Part shown: in pieces, positions 27,119 through 34,830 of the stretch
How the letters are laid out: every line of letters starts with the position of its first letter
Numbering within the stretch: position 1 is the stretch's first letter
The notes under the pieces: generated by a model
What the model was told of the DNA's origin: nothing
Database searches by the model: none
Seen by the model: the letters and a program-made list of their open reading frames with translations, nothing else
Position numbers and translations under genes: made by a program
Assembly (NCBI GenBank): GCA_035936995.1
Contig: DASYVR010000042.1
Span: forward strand, 8,039-72,038
Origin: Candidatus Dormiibacterota bacterium
Lineage (GTDB): Bacteria > Chloroflexota > Dormibacteria > CF-121
Length of the DNA: 64,000 bases
Direction of reading: 5' to 3'

Positions 27119-27146
27119 GCGCCGGCTCGAGCCCGGCGTTTTTTGC
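27119..27146 (+). terminator. Rho-independent terminator after the RHH gene
   Basis: GCCGG-ctcgagc-CCGGC followed by GTTTTTTG, starting right after the stop. Confidence 0.6.
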
Positions 27147-27177
27147 CGCCCACAATCCGGGTATAAGTTAGGTCGAC

Positions 27178-27534
27178 ATGCCCGTCTACGGATATCGCTG
27201 CACCCGCGGCCACCAATTCGAGGTTCAGCAGCGGATCACCGAGCCACCACTGACGCAGTGCCCCGAATGCGGAGCTCCCGTGACTCGCGTCTTCTACCCG
27301 GTCGGCATCATCTTCAAGGGGGGCGGTTTCTACAAGACCGACTCGCGGGGATCGAGCAGCGACGGCAGCATCACGCCGGCGGAGAGCCCCAAGGCCGACA
27401 GCAAGGCCGGTACCAAAACCGATTCCACGACCGACAACAAGACCGACAGCAAGACCAAGAGCGCGCCGGACACCGGCAGTTCGACGCCCTCGACGCCGCC
27501 GCCTGCTAAAACAGAAGAGAAGACGGGCACTTAG
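27178..27534 (+). CDS. FmdB-family zinc-ribbon protein with a low-complexity tail
   Basis: MPVYGYRCTRGHQFEVQQRITEPPLTQCPECGAPVTRVF, then a Ser/Thr/Asp/Lys-rich tail. Confidence 0.8.
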   Translation: MPVYGYRCTRGHQFEVQQRITEPPLTQCPECGAPVTRVFYPVGIIFKGGGFYKTDSRGSSSDGSITPAESPKADSKAGTKTDSTTDNKTDSKTKSAPDTGSSTPSTPPPAKTEEKTGT

Positions 27535-27549
27535 TCGAGGAGGAAGAGC

Positions 27550-27879
27550 GTGTCAGCCAAGAACATCGTCCAGCTTACAGATCAGAATTTCGAAACGACG
27601 GTCGGGGCCGCGCAGCAGCTGGTGCTCGTCGATTTCTGGGCCACCTGGTGCGCGCCGTGCAAAATGCTAAGGCCACTGGTTGAAGAGCTGGCCGTCGAGT
27701 ACGAGGGTCGGGTCGTGATTGCCGAGCTCGACGTTGATGCCAACCCGCTGACGGCTTCGAAGTTCAGCGTGCTCAGCATTCCGAGCCTGATCCTGTTCCG
27801 CGGCGGCAAACCGGCCGATCGGATCGTCGGCTACAAGCCCAAGGCCTACCTCCGACAGAAGATCGACGCCGTCCTGTAG
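27550..27879 (+). CDS. trxA: Thioredoxin
   Basis: VLVDFWATWCAPCKMLRP has the WCxPC active site. A GAGGAGGAAG ribosome-binding site precedes the GTG start. Confidence 0.95.
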   Translation: MSAKNIVQLTDQNFETTVGAAQQLVLVDFWATWCAPCKMLRPLVEELAVEYEGRVVIAELDVDANPLTASKFSVLSIPSLILFRGGKPADRIVGYKPKAYLRQKIDAVL

Positions 27880-27924
27880 CCTCAGCGCGCACGGGGGTGC
27901 ATGGGCTCAGGTGGGCTCCACGGT

Positions 27925-28001
27925 CTTCAAAACCGCTGGTCGGCATCCTTGGCGATGTCGACGGACGGATCGTTCCCGTCGCGCCCCCGCCAGTTTCTGA
28001 A
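27925..28001 (+). repeat. Structured ~80-nt repeat, copy A (most diverged)
   Basis: cttcaaaaccgctggTcggcatccttggcgatgtcgAcggacggatcgttcccgtcgcgcccccgccaGtttCtgaa. It lies between the convergent trxA and 28031..28747 genes. Confidence 0.8.
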
Positions 28002-28030
28002 TGCGAACGTACAAGATGACCGGGCAGAAT

Positions 28031-28747
28031 TTAGTGCTGACCGCGTAGGAGCAGCGCCCCGAGCACGGCGACGGCGCAGCCGATGACGATTCCGATCGTC
28101 TGCCCCCTGGTGATCTGGCCCCGCTGCGGCTGCACTTGCATCGTGGCGAGACGCTGCTGGAGCTCGTGCATCTTCTCGACGACCTGCAGATCCGCGTCCG
28201 GAGGCAGCTGGACGATCGCTTGGCGGAGGGCGTCCGATGATGGTACCGGGACGAATGCTCGCCGCCGAGCGAGCAGCGTCAGGACCACCGCGCCGCCAAA
28301 GACAAGCCCGAGGCTCAGGAAGATCCAGCCGAGCCATCCGGTTTGCGTCTTCTGGACGACCGGGTTCTGGATGGTGGCGAACTGGTATCCGCCGACTGCC
28401 AGGAGCACGGGCACTCCCCGATAGACATCGACCGTTCCGGTCGCGCCAGCCAGGAGAACCTGATCCTGCTGGCTCTCCCAGGGAAGGACGATCTCGCTGG
28501 GGCCGCTGGGAGCCTGGACGATGACGTGCTCCTCCGGGCCGCCCTTGCGAAGGTGATTGGCGGACGCCCTGACCACGCTGACAGGCACCACGGCATAGCA
28601 GTTGTCCGAGGGGGTGTTCGCGGCGGTGCAGGGCGTCGCCTGCTGGTAGGCGGCGACCGAATTCGATGGGTCCGGCAAGACGGCCATGCCGGCCCCCAAC
28701 GCGATCAGCAGGGCGGCGATGATCCCGAGCAGAACGATTTTCCACAT
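28031..28747 (-). CDS. Hypothetical membrane protein (about 3 TM helices)
   Basis: I prefer the internal ATG at 28747 (MWKIVLLGIIAALLIALGAG...). It has central and C-terminal hydrophobic helices. No family recognised. Confidence 0.55.
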   Translation of the reverse strand: MWKIVLLGIIAALLIALGAGMAVLPDPSNSVAAYQQATPCTAANTPSDNCYAVVPVSVVRASANHLRKGGPEEHVIVQAPSGPSEIVLPWESQQDQVLLAGATGTVDVYRGVPVLLAVGGYQFATIQNPVVQKTQTGWLGWIFLSLGLVFGGAVVLTLLARRRAFVPVPSSDALRQAIVQLPPDADLQVVEKMHELQQRLATMQVQPQRGQITRGQTIGIVIGCAVAVLGALLLRGQH

Positions 28748-28944
28748 GGCGGTTGGCGCGTCCACGCATGTCATGCAACGGCGGATGGTCGCAGTTCTCG
28801 CGGCCAGGCAGCTCTCCTTAGGCGAGGGGTGAGTGGGCGCGGCGCTGGGAGGCGGTATCAAGAGCGACTTCGCGGCGCCGGCGGGGAACGTCGTCGGTGC
28901 ACACCCGCCGGCCATCCCGGCTGTTCTACGGGTGGAGCCGCAAC

Positions 28945-29229
28945 TTACCCATCGAGGTTGCTGAACTCCGCCCAAGCGGCTTCCAACGCTCGCGCCAATT
29001 CGGCAGCGGCGGTTGGAGAAGCTTCCTGTGCCGTGGTTGCTGGTCGCTTCTTGCGGATCTTGGACTCCCTCGCGAGCGCCATGAGTTGCACTGACGGTCC
29101 CTGGCAGGGAAGGGCCAGTATCCGATTTGACACCTGCCCGCGCCTACTTTCTCGCTTTCGGAGAACGGCTTCAATGGGGTATTCAAGACCCTCCGCGCCA
29201 ACGTACCTGACGGCATAGCCCTTAACCAA
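28945..29229 (-). CDS. Hypothetical small protein (94 aa), weak call
   Basis: TTG start with no clear ribosome-binding site, and lower GC than the surroundings. No motif. Confidence 0.3.
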   Translation of the reverse strand: MVKGYAVRYVGAEGLEYPIEAVLRKRESRRGQVSNRILALPCQGPSVQLMALARESKIRKKRPATTAQEASPTAAAELARALEAAWAEFSNLDG

Positions 29230-29332
29230 CGACGGGCGGCGGTGGACGATTTTCGCGAGGCGCTCCCTCGCGTCGAATTCACGACGGGCCGACGTGTACG
29301 CCCGTGGACAGGGCAGATTATTCCGGCACCAC

Positions 29333-29409
29333 CTTCAAAACCGCTGGGCGGCATCCTTGGCGATGTCGCCGGACGGATCGTTCCCGTCGCGCCCCCGCCA
29401 ATTTTTGAA
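29333..29409 (+). repeat. Structured ~80-nt repeat, copy B
   Basis: cttcaaaaccgctgggcggcatccttggcgatgtcgccggacggatcgttcccgtcgcgcccccgccaatttttgaa. It lies between two minus-strand genes, and weaker similarity to copy C extends about 65 nt upstream. Confidence 0.85.
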
Positions 29410-29432
29410 TCGGACGACTGAGGCTCCGGTCA

Positions 29433-30617
29433 TCACGCGGGCCCTGCGAAGATGCGCATCATCCCATTCCGGTCGATCCGGAGCACTACCTTGCAGCCCT
29501 GGTCGGTTATGTAGAGGTTGCCTATTGAATCCAACACAGGGCTAAGCGGGGAGGTGAGCTGGGCCTTGGTCGCCGCTCCTCCATAGCCCGAGCAACCAGC
29601 CTTTCCGGTTCCCGCGATCGTCCTGATGATCCCCTTCATGTCGACCATTCGCACAACGTGGTCATTGAACTCTGCGATGTATAGGTTCCCGGCCGGGTCG
29701 AACACGACGTCGTCCGGTTGCATCTCGGCCTCGGTCGTCGGACCTCCATCCCCCGAGTAGCCGGCGACACCAGTGCCAGCGATAGTCGTGATGATCCCGT
29801 GAGTGTCGATCTTCCGAATGCGATTATTCGCCGAGTCGGCGAATAAGAGGTTCCCGGCGGCGTCGAAAACCATTCCCTCGGGTTGGTCGAGCTGCGCCCG
29901 AGTGGCCGGCCCGCGGTCTCCAGAGTAGCCACGCCTTCCAGTGCCGGCGATGGTCGTGATGATCCCACGAGGATCGACCTTGCGGATAGCCCCGTTATCG
30001 CGATCGCCGATGTATAGGTTGCCGTGCCCATCGAACAAGATCGAAACGGGTGCGTTGAGTTGAGCCTGCTTGGCCGCCCCACCGTCACCGCCGAATCCCC
30101 CGGCCCCGGCGCCGATCGGACCGCTTCCTACGATCGTGGTGATCACGCCATCAGTTCCAATCCTGCGGACTCGGTTGTTGGCGTGATCGGCGATCACGAG
30201 CGCGCCATTCCGGTCGAATGCGAGGCCGTACGGACACGCTAGGTCGGCCCGTATTGCCGGGCCACCGTCCCCTGAGAGCCCCGGCGTAGTGGAGAGGCCC
30301 GTGCCGGCGACCGCCGTTATAACTCCGGAGCGGCTGATCTTGAAGACATATCCGTCGTGGCAGTCGGATGCATAGAGGTCGCCTGCGGCATCCAAGGCTA
30401 ATTCCGTGGGCGTAAAGTGCTGGACCTGCGAGGTGGTCGCGCTCGCGGACGGCGTCGCAGTTGGGGCCGTTGCCCCCGGACCCGCGCACGCCACCAGCAG
30501 GAGGGCAATGCTCCCGATGACAGCCAGCCGGGCGCTCAGCCGAACTGTCCCATCCCGCTCGTGCGGCGCATGACGCTGGCTGAGCGGCGATCTGGGGACC
30601 TTGGATGCGACCGGCAT
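29433..30617 (-). CDS. NHL-repeat beta-propeller lipoprotein
   Basis: Lipobox LLLVACAG, and six or more repeats of the type TIAGTGxxGYSGDGGPAxxAQLxxPxGxxFDxxGNLYIAD. I prefer start ATG 30617 over 30710 because a predicted promoter lies at 30671-30702. Confidence 0.85.
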   Translation of the reverse strand: MPVASKVPRSPLSQRHAPHERDGTVRLSARLAVIGSIALLLVACAGPGATAPTATPSASATTSQVQHFTPTELALDAAGDLYASDCHDGYVFKISRSGVITAVAGTGLSTTPGLSGDGGPAIRADLACPYGLAFDRNGALVIADHANNRVRRIGTDGVITTIVGSGPIGAGAGGFGGDGGAAKQAQLNAPVSILFDGHGNLYIGDRDNGAIRKVDPRGIITTIAGTGRRGYSGDRGPATRAQLDQPEGMVFDAAGNLLFADSANNRIRKIDTHGIITTIAGTGVAGYSGDGGPTTEAEMQPDDVVFDPAGNLYIAEFNDHVVRMVDMKGIIRTIAGTGKAGCSGYGGAATKAQLTSPLSPVLDSIGNLYITDQGCKVVLRIDRNGMMRIFAGPA

Positions 30618-30670
30618 GTTGGCTCTCCTCCGCTCCGCGGGCGACATCGGGTGCTGCACCCTCAACACTC

Positions 30671-30702
30671 CCCAACGATCGAGGAGCGCAGAATGTTTCA
30701 AC
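30671..30702 (-). promoter_or_regulatory. ECF-type promoter driving the NHL lipoprotein gene
   Basis: The minus strand reads GTTGAAACATT-ctgcgctcctcga-TCGTTGGG. The -35 and -10 blocks are identical to those of the plus-strand promoter at 30721. Confidence 0.55.
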
Positions 30703-30720
30703 GCCATCAAAAACCGGCTG

Positions 30721-30752
30721 GTTGAAACATTTTCGGCTAGCCGTTCGTTGGA
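30721..30752 (+). promoter_or_regulatory. ECF-type (autoregulatory) promoter of the sigma/anti-sigma operon
   Basis: GTTGAAACATT-ttcggctagccgt-TCGTTGGA, that is GAAAC-N17-CGTT, about 35 nt upstream of the sigma factor start. Confidence 0.55.
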
Positions 30753-30785
30753 TCGGGCGCGAGCAAGTCCGGAGAAAGCGGGGAA

Positions 30786-31307
30786 TTGGGGTTGAGATCA
30801 GACGACCGTGGCTGGTTCGACCCGCTGGTGCGGAGCCTCGGGGACCGCGCCTTGAGGTTCGCTTTAATGAATGTTGGTGACATCGAGACGGCCCAGGACA
30901 TCGTGCAAGAAGCCTTTGCGCGTTGCTGGGCCTCTCCAAACACTCCCTCGTCTGAAGCGGACTTCCATCGCTGGCTCTACCGGGTGATTGCGAACCTTGC
31001 CCGGGACCATCACCGTCAGCGCTTGCGATTTAGGAATTTGTCCATTCCGCCGCCCGCGCCGGTTGATCCGGTAGAACGGATCGAGCGACGGTCAGAGGAT
31101 CACGAGGTCCTGGCGGCGCTGCGCACGTTGAGTTTCCGGGAGCGCCAGGCGATCTACCTCCGGTACTTCGAGGACCAGGCGTTTGCTGACACGGCCCGGA
31201 TTATGGGCAGTCCCCAGGGCAGCGTGCGGGTCCTCGTTCATCGAGCGCTCAATAAGCTCCGGCGTCGTTTGGAGGTTGGCGGGGTGAAGGAGGTCGTTGT
31301 CTCGTGA
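30786..31307 (+). CDS. ECF (sigma-70 family) RNA polymerase sigma factor
   Basis: Region 2 (AQDIVQEAFARCW...WLYRVIANLARDHHRQR) and region 4 (RERQAIYLRYFEDQAFADTARIMGSPQGSVRVLVHRALNKLR). Confidence 0.9.
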   Translation: MGLRSDDRGWFDPLVRSLGDRALRFALMNVGDIETAQDIVQEAFARCWASPNTPSSEADFHRWLYRVIANLARDHHRQRLRFRNLSIPPPAPVDPVERIERRSEDHEVLAALRTLSFRERQAIYLRYFEDQAFADTARIMGSPQGSVRVLVHRALNKLRRRLEVGGVKEVVVS

Positions 31308-32743
31308 ATAACGTCGACCTCGAAAGACGCCTCCGCTCAGCAGCCGGCACGTATCAGCGTTTGGCCCCCACCGTGCCGCATCTGGAGCGACGCATCTGGG
31401 ACCGGATTGCGGTGACTCCCCGAGAGCATGGGCCGCAGCCTGGACGTTTCGGGCGTCGCTCTTGGGCGATCCAGCTGTTAGCGGCCGCGGCACTGGTTAC
31501 ATTCGCGGTTGCCGTGGCCTTCCTGGTCCGCGAGACCAGATTGTTCAGGGAGCCGCAGCCCGTCACGACACCGAGACCGTACACGATCCCTTCGCCACCG
31601 TCCGCCGGGGCCACATGCAGTTCGGTGCCGAGGCAGTGGGCTAGCTCCCCTCCGAACCCAGCAAAGATGCTGAGCGCCACGACCGGCTGGGCGTTCGGAC
31701 CAATGCGGACAACGGACGGCGGTGTGCACTGGCTCAACGTTTCTCCGCCCTCCATTCCGGGTCGGACTAACAAGAACGACGCGTTTTTCCTCGACGCAAC
31801 GCACGCCTGGGTAGCTGAGACCGCTGGTTCTGCCAACTCGTGCATTGATCACGTCGTCACCTTCAGGACCGCCGATGCAGGTCGGACCTGGCAACAGGGC
31901 GCGCCCATCCCGGTCAGGTTCTCGGTTCCCACGGACGTCATTTGGACAGGAGTCGCCAATCACGCCAGCTGGCTCGACTTCATCGACCCCCGCAATGGCT
32001 GGCTGCTCGTGGGATCAGGACCTGTGGACCCGTATGCGTTAGGCCTTGACGGGCCGTGGGTCGGCGCGCATTGGCGAGTTGGGGACCTCTACCGGACAAG
32101 CGATGGCGGGCTGGATTGGACCCTGACCGCAAACAACCCGGGGTTGGGTCCCGACTGTATCCCGGCCCCAGTCACAGGGCTGCACGAATCCGTCATGTCG
32201 TTCTCCTCGCCCACGACTGGCTGGATTGTCGCCACCTGCGGGCTACTGGTCACACACGACGGCGGGGTCACCTGGGGCAAATCAGTCACGCCACTGCGGC
32301 CCAATCAAGCTCCCGTTTTCTTCGATGTGAGGCACGGGCTGGTCGGGGCAGACAGCGGCCTACTGGTGACGTCCGACGGCGGCGTCAATTGGAGCGTCCG
32401 TCAGTTGCCGGCAGGAGCCGCAGCGGTCGACTTCATCAACCCTGGCGAAGGGTGGGCCGTGGGCTCGGGAGACACCAACGTTCAATGCCCCGAGCACAAC
32501 CCGGTCGATTGCAACGGCAATTTCCGCCTGTACCACACGGCCGACGGCGGCAAGACGTGGGCGCCTGGCAACAGCACGAGTCTCGCCCTCCGCGCTCCGA
32601 AGTATTGGCCACCCTCCTATCTCTACTTCGTTGACTCCAAGAACGGTTTCCTGGATCCAGGCGAGCCCACCCCGGGCTTTTTCAGGACAACTGACGGCGG
32701 TCGTACCTGGACAAGGGTGGATGGGACGGTTCAGGGACCGTGA
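31304..32743 (+). CDS. Membrane-anchored BNR/Ycf48-like beta-propeller protein (putative anti-sigma factor)
   Basis: GTGA overlap with the sigma gene. A short cytoplasmic N-terminus is followed by one TM helix (IQLLAAAALVTFAVAVAFLV). Seven BNR-type motifs follow: TTDGGVHW, TADAGRTW, TSDGGLDW, THDGGVTW, TSDGGVNW, TADGGKTW and TTDGGRTW. Confidence 0.8.
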   Translation: MNNVDLERRLRSAAGTYQRLAPTVPHLERRIWDRIAVTPREHGPQPGRFGRRSWAIQLLAAAALVTFAVAVAFLVRETRLFREPQPVTTPRPYTIPSPPSAGATCSSVPRQWASSPPNPAKMLSATTGWAFGPMRTTDGGVHWLNVSPPSIPGRTNKNDAFFLDATHAWVAETAGSANSCIDHVVTFRTADAGRTWQQGAPIPVRFSVPTDVIWTGVANHASWLDFIDPRNGWLLVGSGPVDPYALGLDGPWVGAHWRVGDLYRTSDGGLDWTLTANNPGLGPDCIPAPVTGLHESVMSFSSPTTGWIVATCGLLVTHDGGVTWGKSVTPLRPNQAPVFFDVRHGLVGADSGLLVTSDGGVNWSVRQLPAGAAAVDFINPGEGWAVGSGDTNVQCPEHNPVDCNGNFRLYHTADGGKTWAPGNSTSLALRAPKYWPPSYLYFVDSKNGFLDPGEPTPGFFRTTDGGRTWTRVDGTVQGP

Positions 32744-32825
32744 GTTGAATATCTTTTTCAAAGGAGTAGGCTGGTTGGGGGCCCGGCCGTGCCGGACAGA
32801 TTTGTTCTCAGAAGGAGGTGGCGAA

Positions 32826-33452
32826 TTGTATAGTCGCGTGCTTCGACTCAAGAACGATCCCGCCAGGGTGGATGAGGCGGTCAGCCAATGGACGCAGCAC
32901 ATTCTGCCCTTGATCAAGAAGCAGAAGGGCTTCGCTGGCGTATCGCTTATGGGGAATCGGAAGACCGGTGAGGGTTTCTCGGTTGGCTACTGGGAAACCG
33001 AGCAGGCGATGAAAGACGCCAAACCCCAGGTTCGGCCGGAAGCAGACAAGGTCATGGGGGGGTTCGGCGGCCGTATCGTCGAAGAGGACGAGTGCGAGGT
33101 CGCCGTCCAGGAGCGGTTCCAGCCGCCCAAGTCCGGCACCTGGGTCCGGGTGACGACTGTGGAGGGCGATCCCGCCAAGGTCAACGAGGGCATCTCCAGC
33201 TACAAGACCCGGGTCGTGCCGACCATCCAGAAGCAGCGCGGTGCCCGGGCGGCCATTCTTCTGGTGAACCGGAAGGCGGGCAAGAGTTTCTCCGGCACGA
33301 TCTGGGACACGGAGAAAGACCTGCAGAACAGCGAGGCGGCCGTCTCCGGCATCCGCCAGGAGGTAGCTCAGCAGGTGGGCGCCAGGAATCCCAGGGTCGA
33401 CGTCGTCGAGGTTTACTACACGGAGATCCCGGCGGCGGTCATAAGCCGCTAG
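32826..33452 (+). CDS. Tandem ABM/Dabb-like (ferredoxin-fold) domain protein
   Basis: Two internally similar halves (RVLRLKNDPARVDEAVSQW...GYWETEQAM and RVTTVEGDPAKVNEGISSY...TIWDTEKDL). A GAAGGAGGTG ribosome-binding site lies 5 nt before TTG 32826. Confidence 0.7.
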   Translation: MYSRVLRLKNDPARVDEAVSQWTQHILPLIKKQKGFAGVSLMGNRKTGEGFSVGYWETEQAMKDAKPQVRPEADKVMGGFGGRIVEEDECEVAVQERFQPPKSGTWVRVTTVEGDPAKVNEGISSYKTRVVPTIQKQRGARAAILLVNRKAGKSFSGTIWDTEKDLQNSEAAVSGIRQEVAQQVGARNPRVDVVEVYYTEIPAAVISR

Positions 33453-33459
33453 AAAGTCT

Positions 33460-33488
33460 GGTCTGGGGGTGACTCTCGCCCCCAGACC
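33460..33488 (+). other. Perfect 10-bp stem hairpin after the ABM gene (terminator-like, no U-tract)
   Basis: GGTCTGGGGG-tgactctcg-CCCCCAGACC, starting 8 nt after the stop. Confidence 0.45.
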
Positions 33489-33496
33489 ACCCACCA

Positions 33497-33516
33497 CCTC
33501 CCCGCAAGGGGGAGGG
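33497..33516. repeat. C-tract/G-tract element, copy f (short)
   Basis: CCTCCCC-gcaa-GGGGGAGGG. Confidence 0.5.
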
Positions 33517-33529
33517 AAAATAGGACGGC

Positions 33530-34189
33530 ATGCCTGGCCCGCCCCACGAAGAGAGGCCTGAAGTCGACGACCCCGAACAAGCCTACGGCTTGGCCCGTCT
33601 CCTGGCGCTCAGCGACGGAGTGTTCGCGTTCGCGTTGACCCTGCTCGTGGTGCAGCTTGCCGTTCCCGCGCTACCTCGCGGGGAGCTGGGCCAGCTCGGT
33701 GCGAGGCTGCTGGACCAGGCGCCAAGCTACTTCAGTTACCTGCTCAGCTTCTTTGTCATCTCCATGTACTGGTATCAGCATCACCGAATCTTTCGATATG
33801 TCCGGCGGTGGGACGCGGGGCTGATCATCCTCAACCTCGGCGCGTTGCTTTTCATCGCCGTGATGCCTTTTCCGACGGCAATCATGGGGCGCTACGGCGA
33901 CCAGACGTTGGCTGTCGTCATTTATGCGGGAATCCTCGGCACGACCGGATCGTTGATGTGGCTCTTGTGGTGGTACGCAATCCGCCGCCATTTGGTAACT
34001 CCCAGCCTGGATCGGCGGTCCGCTGGCCGGCTGATGTGGCGCGCCTTCGTCACGCCGGCGGTGTTCTTCCTTTCGATCCCGGTCGCTTTCTGGCAGCCGG
34101 TCGTGGCGCAAACCACCTGGGGACTGATCTGGGTCGGGATCTTCATTCTCAGCCGGCGAGGCCGAGCCGTCTCCAGGACGCGGGTATGA
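33530..34189 (+). CDS. TMEM175-family (DUF1211) potassium channel-like protein
   Basis: RLLALSDGVFAFALTLLVVQL signature in TM1, and about 6 TM helices. Confidence 0.85.
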   Translation: MPGPPHEERPEVDDPEQAYGLARLLALSDGVFAFALTLLVVQLAVPALPRGELGQLGARLLDQAPSYFSYLLSFFVISMYWYQHHRIFRYVRRWDAGLIILNLGALLFIAVMPFPTAIMGRYGDQTLAVVIYAGILGTTGSLMWLLWWYAIRRHLVTPSLDRRSAGRLMWRAFVTPAVFFLSIPVAFWQPVVAQTTWGLIWVGIFILSRRGRAVSRTRV

Positions 34190-34488
34190 AACAGAGTTGC
34201 GATCGGGACCGCCGGTGCCTCAGGTGGTTGCAGCTGCGTCAAGGGTTCCTAGCCAAGCTCTGAGGACATCTTCAATCTGTTGAGCAGCCGTATGCCAGGC
34301 CATCGCGCCCCGAGTCAGGGTGTGGGAGGGCAAAAGTGAATCCGAATGCCAGCCCGCCCGCCGACCGGGATGCTGGCCGGGTGATTAGGAGGGGTCGCCG
34401 GCTCCTCGCTGCAGCGCCAGGGTGTGGTCAACGCCCCCTTTTGGAGTGAGAAGCCATGGGCTTGTAATGCAAGGTAAATGGCGTTACC

Positions 34489-34830
34489 ATGCCCTGTGTG
34501 GACGCTGCTGTGACCCAGATGCGGAAGGGGCTCCTCGAATACTGCGTGATGGCCCTGCTCGTCTCCGCTCCCCGCTACGGCTACGAGTTGGTGAATCAGC
34601 TGGCCAAGGTCGATGGGATGCTCACCACCGAAGGCACGATCTACCCGCTGCTGGCCAGGTTGCATCGGGATCGCCTCGTGGCTACCGAATGGCGGGAATC
34701 ATCGGGCGGCCATCCACGCAAGTACTACCGGCTCACTATGGAGGGCGACCAGGCGCTGGCCTCCTTCCGCCGACAGTGGGCGACCCTGCGTTCCGCCGTC
34801 GACGAAATCCTGAAAGGAGGCAAGCCATGA
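34489..34830 (+). CDS. PadR-family transcriptional regulator
   Basis: QMRKGLLEYCVMALLVSAPRYGYELVNQL...EGTIYPLLARLHRDRLV...RKYYRLT. Confidence 0.9.
   Translation: MPCVDAAVTQMRKGLLEYCVMALLVSAPRYGYELVNQLAKVDGMLTTEGTIYPLLARLHRDRLVATEWRESSGGHPRKYYRLTMEGDQALASFRRQWATLRSAVDEILKGGKP

Noticed and set aside
27925-28001. tRNA-like, tmRNA-like or integron attC interpretation of the 80-nt repeat
   Set aside because: The reverse complement has a T-arm-like hairpin (GACGG-GAACGAT-CCGTC). However, it has no anticodon arm, acceptor/CCA geometry or GTTRRRY attC ends, and no integrase is nearby.
28926-29354. Minus-strand ORFs beginning MPPSGFEG that start inside repeat copies B and C (also 38155..38355)
   Set aside because: The shared N-terminus merely mirrors the DNA repeat. 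Beyond it the two ORFs diverge through frame changes, and copy A has no equivalent ORF. A non-coding repeat is the simpler explanation.
32744-32779. Third copy of the ECF promoter motif upstream of the ABM gene
   Set aside because: The -35-like GTTGAATAT and -10-like GGTTGGG are separated by 4 nt more than in the two matched promoters, and both boxes carry mismatches.
3676-33516. C/G-tract elements as a CRISPR array
   Set aside because: The copies are kilobases apart with irregular spacing. There are no uniform spacers and no cas genes.
34190-34488. 300-nt gap upstream of the first padR as a possible ncRNA or riboswitch
   Set aside because: Only short, weak inverted repeats were found (GCCAGC...GCTGGC, GGTAA...TTACC). 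I could not recognise a conserved motif, and the gap is most simply a promoter or leader region.
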